This document shows, in pieces, positions 35,273 to 46,429 of a DNA stretch of 64,000 nucleotides. Each line of letters opens with the position of its first letter. The stretch's first letter is position 1. Origin of the DNA: Selaginella moellendorffii (taxonomy: Eukaryota > Plantae > Lycopodiophyta). The translations under genes and the position numbers were made by a program. The stretch lies in contig NW_003314310.1 in NCBI RefSeq assembly GCF_000143415.4, positions 1,350,960 through 1,414,959 of the forward strand, given 5' to 3'. Below the pieces are notes generated by a model, which was given only the letters and a program-made list of their open reading frames with translations, had not been told where the DNA came from and ran no database searches.

Positions 35273-35711
35273 GCAACCTATAAAAATAAACATTCTAAGA
35301 GAAAGTAAAAAGAAATAGTTTGAACAATTACAATTACATCTTTTCAAATTGAAAATATTCTTTACTACTCCCATCTCTGCTAGTTTTTTTTAAACATAGA
35401 AGCAACTAAGTTGTATTGCCGGTAGAGCATTTTACTCTAGCAGTTAATTCTCCTTCAAAATACCTAGAAACAGATTGAACTCTATACTCAGAATGTTCAG
35501 GAAAAAAATTCACCAACCATATTTCAGTTGGAATAATCCATCACAATAAACTCCCACATTAATCAATCACAAGGGGACGCATTGGTCCAGATATAGATTA
35601 AAGCAGTAAAGTTTGGAGTTTTGAGAGCATGCAGTATTCCGTTAATATCAGCAACTGATGCTCCATCTGTGATTAGACAAAACAGAAAATTGTTCATGTT
35701 GTAGCGGTTCT

Positions 35712-36895
35712 AAAATGGGCATAAGCCCGGGTGAGGCTTACTGGAGTCCACACCAGGTCAAAGCCCTTACTGTGCTCAGATCTTGATCACTGTTGCTAGT
35801 GATGCCATTCCCAAGCCAATCCTCTCCCCTAGCCCTAGCTCCTGCCACACCCTTTTTCACCGCCCTGCTGCATCCCAAGAAGTCCCTACTGATCCTCTAT
35901 AACAAACTGGTCTCGTACCCGCCACATTGGATCTCCCTGCCGAGTCATCTCTGTCTATGTCATCATCCACGTGTTTTGCTGCACTTTGTTCTACAAACTT
36001 GTTACTGGCCACTAGTGGTTTTCCCGGCCCCCCCCCCCCGCCCCCCCCCCCGCCCCATAAAATGGACGCGTTTCCCCTCGCCATCTTAGTGGTCTCCTAC
36101 CTTGTGTGGTGGTTTGACTGTCGGGGTCAAGATTGAGCGTTCCATGCCTCATTTCTGATGCCAGTACTTCCCTCACCTGTTGTGGTTCACTCCCTCCAGC
36201 TGCTACACAGAATTTGGATCTGTAAACTTGTTGGGTGATTGTGTATGGTCCTTCATAGCTAGCACCTAGGGTAGGTTACCAAGATCCCCCCACCACTGGC
36301 CTCCTCGGCTCAGCTCACTCCTCAGCCCCCTGGCTGGATGTATGGCGGCTCCAACCTTTGGATGCCATGCCTTGTGACCAAACCTCTTTGGTCACACTGG
36401 CTGTCCTAGCCAGGAAAGTCCCTTTGGCCATGTGTGTCCTCCATGCAGGCATTACCGTGCAATGCACATCCCCTTGCACAAGCCCTCATGCTCAAATTTT
36501 CAGTCATGCCAGAAATGGAATTGAAAAAGAAAATTCGTATGGACTCCAGTATGCCCAGCCTAGATGTGATGAGGTGCCCCTTCTCCACCATAAAATGGGC
36601 GTTCTAGGCGAGGCTTACTGGAGTCCACACCAGGTCAAAGCCCTTACTGTGCTCAGATCTTGATCGCCCTTGCTCGTTATGCTGTTCCCAAGCCAATCCT
36701 CTCCCCTAGCCCTAGCTCCCGCCACACCCTTTTTCACCACCCTGCTGCATCCCAAGAAGTCCTCGCTGATGTGCCGCCTGATCCTCTATTCCTCCCTGCC
36801 ACGTCGGATCTCCCTGCCGAGTCATCTCTGTCCATGTCATCATCCACGTGTTCTGCCTCATTTTGTTCTACGGGCTCGTTATTGGCCGCTACAAC
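35712..36895. repeat. ~300-bp direct duplication within unidentified, gene-like GC-rich sequence
   Basis: gaggcttactggagtccacaccaggtcaaagcccttactgtgctcagatcttgatc... at ~35712-36010 and ~36591-36895. Confidence 0.8.
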
Positions 36896-37825
36896 ATAGT
36901 CCTGTTCACTCAAGAAGTTTAATCCCTGTTCACTTAAGCATGTGCAATTTGAAATTAGCCATTTGCTAATGCCCGTCACTTACCTTGCGTTGGAGATCAT
37001 TATGCACGCATAACAGCAGAGATAAAGATTTTGTCTTCCTGCTGTTGTCATCGACTGTTGCTCTCTCCTGCCCTACCAGGATCATACATCCTGGTATTTA
37101 TGATCCTGGTCTGCCTATGAGGTCGTCCATGGTCATCTTCTTGCCAAACGCCCCCGTCAGCATCACCTTTGGGCCGGCCACCTCCCACTTTCTGCTGTAA
37201 AACAGAAATACAGTGGATCAGTGCCCAGTATCTAGCGACAATGCACAGCCGTGAGATCCCTCATATCCGTTGCCATGAGCGCAGTGCCACTGGGATCCTT
37301 GGCCATCAGCAGGGACTGATTTCTTGACACATACAGGGCAGGGCACTCACCAGGACCTGGAACTCCCACTCGATAGCCATCTGCAGCTACAGCACCGTCG
37401 GCTTGGAGTAGACAGTCACCCTCTCCAGCCCAAAAATGCAAGAACAAGAGAGTTAGTCATGCTGCCTTATATGCTAGAAAAAGAAGTATTCATTGTGATA
37501 AAAATTCAAACTTACTTGGCAATCCATGTGCTGTGGAAGTGGAATTAGGCATCAAATTCCCATGATATAGACTGGAGTGTCATCATTTGGCAAGGAAAAT
37601 ATATGATGCAAAATCAGCAATCCACATAGGATCAGGCTTTGAATTCTACTGGTGGAAAATATATAGACAGCAAGAAGAGAGAGAGAGAGAACATGAACTA
37701 CTTTGCAACTCATAATTTACTCAATCGCCCTACAAAAATTCACTTGATTTTGAGCGTCATTACAAAGTTGAAGCGTTGGCACCCTTCACTCTCTCTCTTT
37801 CTCTCTCTCTCTCTCTCACACACAC

Positions 37826-40800
37826 TGTTAGGCGCCAGCTTTGACTACGTGGTCAACGTCGGTCAAAGGGAGGCTCAAGGGTATATTAAGGCATGTTAGG
37901 GTAAGGGACTTAACCTACCCTAGGGCTCACAGTGGAGCGGCGGCGCAGTGGAGCTTTTGAGGTAGCTCGGGGGTGGTTGGGTGGTGAGGAACCTCAAGAG
38001 GTGGCGTAGCATAGTCTAGGGCAACGAGATCTTTGTCTTTTTGCGCCGGATCATAACATTGGTATCAGAGGATTGGTTGCGATGGCCGACCAAGCTGAAC
38101 GCTGGAATCCTATCATCGATGGTGGTGCCGACGGTGGTGCCGACGATGGTGTCAACGAAGCTGCGGAGATTTGGACCATTCAAGATGTGGTTCATGAGCT
38201 GCGAGCCCTTAATAAAAATCAGCAAGAGATGCAAGACGAGATGCATGGCATGATGGATACCATGCGTGGGCGTGTTGAGGCACTCGAGGCTGGACGGGGT
38301 AGCGCTCCAAGTAAGCCTTCTTTGGTAGATCGACTCAAGATTCCAACCTTTTCCGGTGATGGTGGTGTGGACGAGTGTCTTGCTTGGCTAGCCAATGTGA
38401 AGAAGTTCTTGGCTGCTAGAGGAACTCCAGATGCAGAGGCTTTAGTGGCTATTCCGATGGTTTTGCGTGATGCGGGTCTTCGATGGTGGAATTGGCTTGA
38501 GGAGTCCCGTGTTGCGGATAAGAAACCACCAGTGTCTACCATGGATGAGTTTGAGGCTGCTTTTCGTTTACGTTTTGCCCCTCATTACGACGTGGAGAAT
38601 GCTCGTACAGAACTTCGCCATTTCCAGCAAGGGAAAATGACGCTTGGGGATTATATTGAGAAGCTTACTCGCTTGATTAGTCGTGTTCCAACGAAGGATC
38701 CAGATCAGAACAAGTCCTACTTCATTGATGGCCTCCATAGTGAGAGTATGCGGCAACACTTGCGTCATTCTCAGCCTACAAAGAGTTTGGAGGAGCTCTT
38801 TGATGCGGCTCGTCGACTTGACAATGACAAGCACAAGTCTCGCAAGCGTTCGCGGAGTCCTTCTGTCGAGAATCGTCGTGATGATCGCCGTGGACACAAG
38901 GATGGGAACAAGCATCACAAGTTGAAGTCAGTGGTGACTACTTCAGATGCAAAGGGGTCCAAGAAGCAGAAGTTCTTTGTGAAGAATTATAGACAGGGTT
39001 GTCATCATTGCGGCGAACTTGGACACTACAAGGCTGATTGTCCGCAGTTAAAGAACAAGCAGCAGGACAAGAAGAATGGCCAATCTTTTTCTCACGGTAA
39101 GTCCGATACTAAAAAGTTGCAAACTTTGCAGCGTGAGGAGGAGGAGACCGACCATTCCGGTCGGAGGAAGCGACTTTCGATCGTTGCTCGTCAGCTCAAC
39201 TGTGTGTGGAACAAGATGGAGCTTGAGGATACGCGTGAATCAGCTTTAATGCTGGAGGGCGTGTTCCGTGGCGATCCAGTGCGGATTTTACTGGATAGTG
39301 GGAGCGATGACAACTTTGTTTCGGCAAAGTTTGTTGAGGAGCATCGCCTGAACACACGTGGAGTTCTTCCATACACAGTGGAAGGTGCAGCTACCTCTGC
39401 TCAGCATTTCGATGCTTGTGTCGAGGGGCTGGAAGTGTTGGTTGGCAAAACCACACTTGTGGAGACTTTTTATCTCGCGGATATCCATCGTGTGGATCTC
39501 ATTCTTGGGATGCCATGGTTGGTGAAGGTGGATCCAGAGATAAAGTGGAGCATTAAGCGTATCTCGCTGGAGTATGGTGGAGTTAAAGATGTGTGGTTTG
39601 GCGAGGGCGTTCAACCACCAGTTGTTATGCTCTCTGCTACATCTTTGAAGCGGGCTTGTCGTAATGGAAAAGCACTTTCGAGTTACTTGCTGTTTGTTCG
39701 TGACTTGGGCGACCAAGGCACGTGTGGGGGAGAAGCAGCAGTACGGGATGTACTCGACGAGTTTTCTGATGTTTTTCCATCTGAACTTCCTCATGGATTG
39801 CCTCCATTACGAGGTGTGGAGCATGGGATTACATTGGAGCCGGGGACGCGGCCAATTTACCGGCGTCCATTTCGGTTAAGTTATGCGGAGGAGCAAGAAG
39901 TTCAGCGACAAGTCAAGGAGTTACTTGAGTTTGGATTTATTCAGCCAAGTAAGTCTCCGTTTGGTGCTCCGGTCTTGCTTGTGAAGAAGAAGGACGGTTC
40001 AATGCGGATGTGTATTGACTACCGTGCTTTAAACAAGAAGACAGTGAAGGACAAGATGCCGATGCCACGTGTGGATGATATCCTAGACAAGCTTGGTGAG
40101 GCACGAGTGTTTACCAAGATTGATCTGAGGAGTGGATATCATCAGATTGCAATGGATGATGCATCTATCTCCAAGACGGCATTCAACACAAGCTTCGGAC
40201 ATTTTGAGTTTACCGTTATGCCGTTTGGTTTGACGAATGCACCGGCCACATTTACTCGGTTGATGACGGAGGTATTTGGGCGTTATCTTCATGAGTTTGT
40301 GGAGATTTTCTTGGACGATATTCTTGTTTTTAGCAAGAATATGGAGGAGCATAGGGTGCATTTGCGCAAGGTTCTTTTGTTACTTCGAGACAGCAAACTT
40401 TATGCGAAGAAGAGCAAATGTGAATTTGCAAAGTCGGAGGTGGAATATCTAGGCCATATTGTGACATCTAAGGGTGTCAAGACGGATCCAAGGAAGGTGG
40501 CTGTGGTGGAAAACTGGCCTACACCGACTACAGTGGCCGAGTTGCGCAGTTTTCTTGGTATGGCTAGTTACTACCGACGTTTCCAGCATAAGTTTGCAGA
40601 GGTGGCTATTCCATTGACGCGGTTGTTACGCAAGAATGTGCCATTCGAGTGGAAGACGCCACAAGAGGAGAGTTTTGTGGCGCTGAAACGATTGTTGATC
40701 GAGGCTCCAGTGCTTCGCATTGCTGATCCATCGAAACCTTACGAGGTGACATGCGATGCGAGTGGTTATGCACTGGGAGGAGTTCTCATGCAAGAGGGAC

Positions 40801-42753
40801 AGCCTATTGCATATGAGAGTCGAACTTTGAATTCCGCGGAGCAACGCTATTCCACATATGAGCAAGAGTTACTCTCTATTGTTCATGCTTTGCGGATGTG
40901 GCGGCACTATCTTTATGGTGCAATGTTCGTGGTGTTGACAGATCACAAACCACTTGTGTATCTTTTCACACAGAAGGAGTTGAACACTAGGCAAGCTCGT
41001 TGGATGGTCAAACTCATGGAGTTTGGGGAGTTTCCTATTGAGCATCGTCCGGGAAAATCAAATGTGGTGGCGGATGCTTTATCTCGTGTTCGTCGTGTGA
41101 CGATGTTACGAACACGATTTTGTCATCATTTGAGTAAGGTGGTCAGCGAGTTTGGGCAGTTGGTTGAGCATGCTCAGGCTCAGGATGCTGAGGTGGCCTC
41201 TTTGCGAGACCAGATGGAAGCTCCTTTCTCATTGGTGGATGGGATTCTCTACTACAATGGCCGTGTCTATTTGCCACGGGTGGATGCGTTAATTACTCAA
41301 GTTTTATTCCACTATCATGATCGTCCAGAGGCCGGTCATTTTGGGGGGAAGAAGACGTATGAGTTGATTAAGCGCAACTTTTATTGGAGGAATATGAAGG
41401 CTGATATCCTCAAGTATTGTAAATCATGCGAGCTTTGTCAGCGGGTTAAGGTGCCACGGGAGAAGCCGGGGGGACTTTTGCAACCTTTACCTATTCCTCA
41501 GAGCCGTTGGTGTAGTATCTCTATGGACTTCATCACTTGTTTGCCACGAACACAGAGGCAAAAGGAGCAAGTATGGGTCATAGTAGATCGGTTGACGAAG
41601 TATGTGCGGTTGTTGGCTCTTCGGAAGACTGTCACTGCCTCAGACTTGGCTGCGGTTTACTTGGAGAAGGTTTTTCCTGATTTTGGTTTGCCGGAGGACA
41701 TCATTAGTGATCGAGATTCAAAGTTCACCAGTGGATTTTGGAAAAGTTTTGCAAAGGCTATGCAAGTGACTTTGAAACTCTCGAGTGGAGATCATCCTCA
41801 GACGGATGGGCAAACTGAGCGTGTGAATCAGGTGGTGGAGGATATGCTACGTTGTAGCATTGGTCAAAGGCAAGGACAGTGGGATCTATATCTTCCGTTG
41901 GTGCAATTTGCTTACAACAATAGCCAACACAGTGGAACCAAGCTAAGTCCTTACTTTGCGATGTTTGGAAGGCATCCTCGCACAGCGGTGGAGTTGGGAT
42001 TGCATTTGAGTAAGGACGTTCAAGAAAAGCTTGATTCCGAGGCAACTGATCTGGCCACAGAACTTGATGAGATTCTGGTGGTATGCAAACGGAATTTGCA
42101 AGCAGCTCAGGATAGAGCGGAGAAGTTTGCTAATGAGCATCGCCAATTCCGGGAATATAAGGTGGGTGATCTCGTCTTTGTGCGAGTGATCTTTTCGTCA
42201 AGTGAGCGGCGGAACACCTTAGTGCCTTTACGGACAGGGAAGAGTGATAAACTCTCCCATCGCTATGCTGGTCCATATGAAGTGCTGGAGCGCATTGGTA
42301 AAGCGGCTTATCGGGTGCGGCTGCCAGTTGGGGTGAAAATTCATCCGGTATTTTATGTCAGCCAGTTGAAAGGTGTACTATCTCGGAGTGACGGGCCCAA
42401 TGCCTCCTTGATGTATACGGCTGTGGAAGATGGACTAGGAGCTTGAGCAGGATTCCCCAGAAAGGGTGATCACCGGTACAACTCGTCCTTGGGACAAGGA
42501 CTTTGTTGGGGGGGAAGAATTGTTAGGCGCCAGCTTTGACTACGTGGTCAACGTCGGTCAAAGGGAGGCTCAAGGGTATATTAAGGCATGTTAGGGTAAG
42601 GGACTTAACCTACCCTAGGGCTCACAGTGGAGCGGCGGCGCAGTGGAGCTTTTGAGGTAGCTCGGGGGTGGTTGGGTGGTGAGGAACCTCAAGAGGTGGC
42701 GTAGCATAGTCTAGGGCAACGAGATCTTTGTCTTTTTGCGCCGGATCATAACA
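37826..42753 (+). mobile_element. Intact young Ty3/gypsy LTR retrotransposon (family D), 4928 bp
   Basis: Identical 233-bp LTRs (37826-38058, 42521-42753); TSD CACAC within a (CT)n(CA)n tract; PBS TGGTATCAGAG at 38060-38070; PPT at ~42508-42519; uninterrupted ORF. Confidence 0.98.
38082..42446 (+). CDS. gag-pol polyprotein (gag, CCHC knuckle, protease, RT, RNase H, integrase with GPY/F; no chromodomain)
   Basis: CHHCGELGHYKADC, LLDSGS, FLDDIL, TCDASG, HPQTDGQTERVN, YAGPY. First ATG at 38082. Confidence 0.97.
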   Translation: MADQAERWNPIIDGGADGGADDGVNEAAEIWTIQDVVHELRALNKNQQEMQDEMHGMMDTMRGRVEALEAGRGSAPSKPSLVDRLKIPTFSGDGGVDECLAWLANVKKFLAARGTPDAEALVAIPMVLRDAGLRWWNWLEESRVADKKPPVSTMDEFEAAFRLRFAPHYDVENARTELRHFQQGKMTLGDYIEKLTRLISRVPTKDPDQNKSYFIDGLHSESMRQHLRHSQPTKSLEELFDAARRLDNDKHKSRKRSRSPSVENRRDDRRGHKDGNKHHKLKSVVTTSDAKGSKKQKFFVKNYRQGCHHCGELGHYKADCPQLKNKQQDKKNGQSFSHGKSDTKKLQTLQREEEETDHSGRRKRLSIVARQLNCVWNKMELEDTRESALMLEGVFRGDPVRILLDSGSDDNFVSAKFVEEHRLNTRGVLPYTVEGAATSAQHFDACVEGLEVLVGKTTLVETFYLADIHRVDLILGMPWLVKVDPEIKWSIKRISLEYGGVKDVWFGEGVQPPVVMLSATSLKRACRNGKALSSYLLFVRDLGDQGTCGGEAAVRDVLDEFSDVFPSELPHGLPPLRGVEHGITLEPGTRPIYRRPFRLSYAEEQEVQRQVKELLEFGFIQPSKSPFGAPVLLVKKKDGSMRMCIDYRALNKKTVKDKMPMPRVDDILDKLGEARVFTKIDLRSGYHQIAMDDASISKTAFNTSFGHFEFTVMPFGLTNAPATFTRLMTEVFGRYLHEFVEIFLDDILVFSKNMEEHRVHLRKVLLLLRDSKLYAKKSKCEFAKSEVEYLGHIVTSKGVKTDPRKVAVVENWPTPTTVAELRSFLGMASYYRRFQHKFAEVAIPLTRLLRKNVPFEWKTPQEESFVALKRLLIEAPVLRIADPSKPYEVTCDASGYALGGVLMQEGQPIAYESRTLNSAEQRYSTYEQELLSIVHALRMWRHYLYGAMFVVLTDHKPLVYLFTQKELNTRQARWMVKLMEFGEFPIEHRPGKSNVVADALSRVRRVTMLRTRFCHHLSKVVSEFGQLVEHAQAQDAEVASLRDQMEAPFSLVDGILYYNGRVYLPRVDALITQVLFHYHDRPEAGHFGGKKTYELIKRNFYWRNMKADILKYCKSCELCQRVKVPREKPGGLLQPLPIPQSRWCSISMDFITCLPRTQRQKEQVWVIVDRLTKYVRLLALRKTVTASDLAAVYLEKVFPDFGLPEDIISDRDSKFTSGFWKSFAKAMQVTLKLSSGDHPQTDGQTERVNQVVEDMLRCSIGQRQGQWDLYLPLVQFAYNNSQHSGTKLSPYFAMFGRHPRTAVELGLHLSKDVQEKLDSEATDLATELDEILVVCKRNLQAAQDRAEKFANEHRQFREYKVGDLVFVRVIFSSSERRNTLVPLRTGKSDKLSHRYAGPYEVLERIGKAAYRVRLPVGVKIHPVFYVSQLKGVLSRSDGPNASLMYTAVEDGLGA

Positions 42754-43150
42754 CACACACACACACCTTGATATCTTCTATTCTTACAGCACTCCCTATT
42801 TTTCTTTCTCTATGCTGATGGAACGTCGGTTGCTCATATTATCGGAAAACTTTCTTCAGATTTATACAGCTTAATGGCTGTGTCATTCCATTCTCTGCAG
42901 TGATTGGAGCTTTGGAAGCTTGGTGAGAGGAAGTCTTGCAAGTGTATCAGTGTGACTTGCAAGTGTTTGGCACCAGATTAAAGCAAGAGACCACTGTTGC
43001 TGCTTTGGTCACTGCTCATGCTGTGAAGGATCTCCCAATTTCCATGCAGACTCCCTCACACACCCTCACTCCTCTTGCCCAGAATCCCCTCAGAATCCTT
43101 CAACTTCCCAGCCCTTGCAAACACATGCTACTGCAGTGGGAACCACCGCT

Positions 43151-43352
43151 TGTTAGGCACCAGCTTTGACCATGTGGTCAATGTCGGTCAAAGGGAGGCT
43201 CAAGGGTATATTAAGGCATGTTAAGGGAAAATACTCAACCCTACCCTAGGGCTCACAGTGGAGCGGTGGCGCAATGAAGCTTTTGAGGTAGCTCGGGGGT
43301 GGTTGGGTGGTGAGGAACCCAAGAGGTGGCATAGCATAGTCTAGGGCAACTA
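43151..43352 (+). repeat. Diverged, 3'-truncated LTR of family D
   Basis: tgttaggcaccagctttgac...ctagggcaac matches 37826-38025. Confidence 0.9.
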
Positions 43353-43399
43353 AATGATTTTTGATGGACTTTGACTGCTCAAGAATTACTTGAAGCTGT

Positions 43400-44580
43400 T
43401 GGCCAGAAACTAGAAGATTTTGAAAGCTCGGTTTGGCGAGGGTAAGCACTGCTTGGTAAGAAGGCCTTCTTCATATATTCTATGTATAACAAGAACAAGC
43501 ATGAGGATTGGAGCAATGTTCAATACTTTGGACGGGGTTGTACCTTGGCTTGTTTATGTTATCCACGAATTTGTTTTTAATTAAAGAAGGGAGCTTCATC
43601 TTGATGGTCGAGCATGTCAAGAAAGCTCTAATAGCATGCTTTATAAGTTTTTTGAGAGGAACTTGATAGCTGAGACAAGAAAATACTAACAAGTTGTACC
43701 TTGTACTTGGTGAAGAGAAATTTTGGTATGTTTGCAGCAAATCAGAAGAGAAAGATAGTGGCAAACACCTTTTCCACATTTGCCTTTTGCTCACTGTACA
43801 GACAGTGTACAGCCTCGATCGGTGATGGCAAATCCAACATGGGACGAATTGGCTGTATCCCATCGCAGCTCCAGAGAAGCTTCTGGCTGAGGAACACAAG
43901 AGCTACACTACAATTCCATAAGTCCTAACTTTGGACTATGGATTGAGACAAAGGTTGTAGCATTTTCATGCCATCACTTGGACAGCTCTTATCAACCATG
44001 GGATTTGATAGCTTAATCATAAGAAATTGTGGAAAGTTATTCACATGTTGAATCCGGTCTTCATAGGTATTTTTTTTTGGAGCAAACACTCTTTCCAGTA
44101 AAGTCCTTATCTTTTTATTGCTATCTATTTTGTAGGTACCACATTGATCTGCATGTTGCAGATCTACCACCTTTTCTGGGACATTTCCAGGTTCTTGAGG
44201 ATGTTCATTTGCTCTAGAGCAGGAAGCTTCCTTTGGTGTGTTATTTCTTTAAGGGCTGCAACGGATCCATTTTACTTCATGTATCAAAAACAAAAGCGTT
44301 CCAAGAGTGACATTGATTTTGCATTTCAAGCTAAACTATGTGATCTTGGATGGAGTATGCAGAAAAGTTGGAGAGTGCTGGAGAGGGAATTGATTCTTCT
44401 TCAAGATCGTTATGCCATCCTTGGTTGATCAGTTTCTCCTTTGCTGACCATTATTTGGGGGACTCTGCTGGAGTAGCTTCTGAAGAAGATGGAGATAAGG
44501 GATGCTCAAGATCATCAGTACCACAGCTCCCAATCACATTTCTTGTTAGTGTTAAAACTCTAGAGATGGAACACACTAAA
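43400..44580 (+). pseudogene. Probable decayed LINE (L1-like) RT C-terminal region
   Basis: Fragmentary motifs (YLGL, QLQRSFWL, KKLWKV...FFW) in broken frames. Confidence 0.35.
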
Positions 44581-46429
44581 AGATAATGACACATGAGCAC
44601 AAATAGGTATGCTTTAGTAAAGGTTTCTCACAAAGCTCACTAATTTCCTTTTCCCTATTGTTTGTCACACATGGAGTGCCATTTGCTTAAAGCACATGGA
44701 GTCAAGCCAATGGCCCAGTGCCAACATCTTGGTTCACTCCTCAAGCAGGCCATGATGATAGCAAAGCACATTATTTGCATAGCCAACTCTATCCATTTAA
44801 ATGTAGAAACGCTCTAATGTTTATTTGGACAGGCCCTCCTATCCTTGGATGAGTGTGTTGTAAGTTCATAGCTTTGGAGACTATATCAAGATCTTTTGAC
44901 AGTCTTTGTAGCCTTCCAAGGTGCGGATCACACCATGCAATGTGATTCTAATGCTCTTTTTCTTGCATTTTCTCTTTTCTTTCAGAAGAATCTCTATTGT
45001 TTCTATGATTAATCATAAAAAACTTAGTAAAATCAGAGGTTAAGATCTATATTTTCAATAACATTGCGACTTCTTGCTTATGTTGGTAGGCCATGAGTGT
45101 TTTCTTGAATGCACAGTAATCACATGTCTTATATTCAAAATATAATTATATATAATAATAATTCATAGAAATATTATATATATATATATAGCATAAAAAA
45201 TTTAAATTTAAATATAAGGATGGAATTATTCATAATGAAAAGTTCTTGCAATGATTATATGCAATTTAAATTAATCAAATAACAGTATGAACAAGTCACA
45301 CAAACAATATGCTTAATACTGTTTTTGGAAAAGTGAAAAATCAACAGACATTTATTATTTTTTATCTCCAAGTGTAATACTTCAGCTTTTTTATGAATAT
45401 ATGAAATAATATGCAATTATAATAACTGAAAAGAAACAAGATAAATATGATAAAAACACAATGAAATTGGAACATTTGGTTGAGCATGTATTTGACTAAT
45501 GAAGCAAGAACTTAATTTGGTTAAGAATTATGAATAACATATAAATAATTTAGTAATTTGTGCATGTAAGCTTATTGTCACAACCTAGGAAATTCTTGAT
45601 TAAATGGTCGACAGTATAATATTGCTAGATCTAAGGTTGTTACTAGGGAGCAAGATTTCATTTAGAAAAATGTTTAGGTTAAAAATTAATCCAGTAGAAA
45701 TATAGAAAGTTGTGATTTCAATATTAAATTCTAGATATAGAAAATCATATATCAAAATATCATTAATAGACGACCATTTGATATAAGATCATTTTCTAAT
45801 ATCAAAGATGATCTGATATGATCAAATGCTTTTAGTAAATGTTGAAAAAGTATGAAATTGTATCATTTTAAAAAAATATAAGTAAATAACAATAATAAAT
45901 AGATGTTTATATCTAGAGATAGCACATCTAGTGCCTCCGGGCCAATCTTCACAGTCAACACTTTGCAGCATGACATCCAGCAGATGAACACCGCATTCCA
46001 GTCAAGCGGCATGTCCGGATGCTGTGACACCTCGCTCCACCGCCAGGAGGATGATCAATCCTGCTCCAGTCGCCAGATCTTCCTCGCGGGCTTGGGCTGC
46101 TGCTGCTGCTTGAGCGATCTAGATGCCCAGACAGTCAACACATTTGCATGTGCCACATGTTGCAGCGCCTTCCTCTCTCGCCCCACACAGCTTGGCCGCC
46201 TCCCATTGGCTGGGAGCAAACATCAGCACGATTATTCGCTAACACGTGGTTAAAGAAATAACCCTTTTACAGTTACCCCCCCCCCCCCATCGGACGGCTG
46301 TGATTGGCTAGATCCGGCAGCCCAGAAAGTTCAACAACTCCTCCTTATTGTGATAGATTATGCATTAACATAACAACATATTTAACCTTAATACTTAAAA
46401 TATGTGCAGGTATATCAGATGGTGTTATT

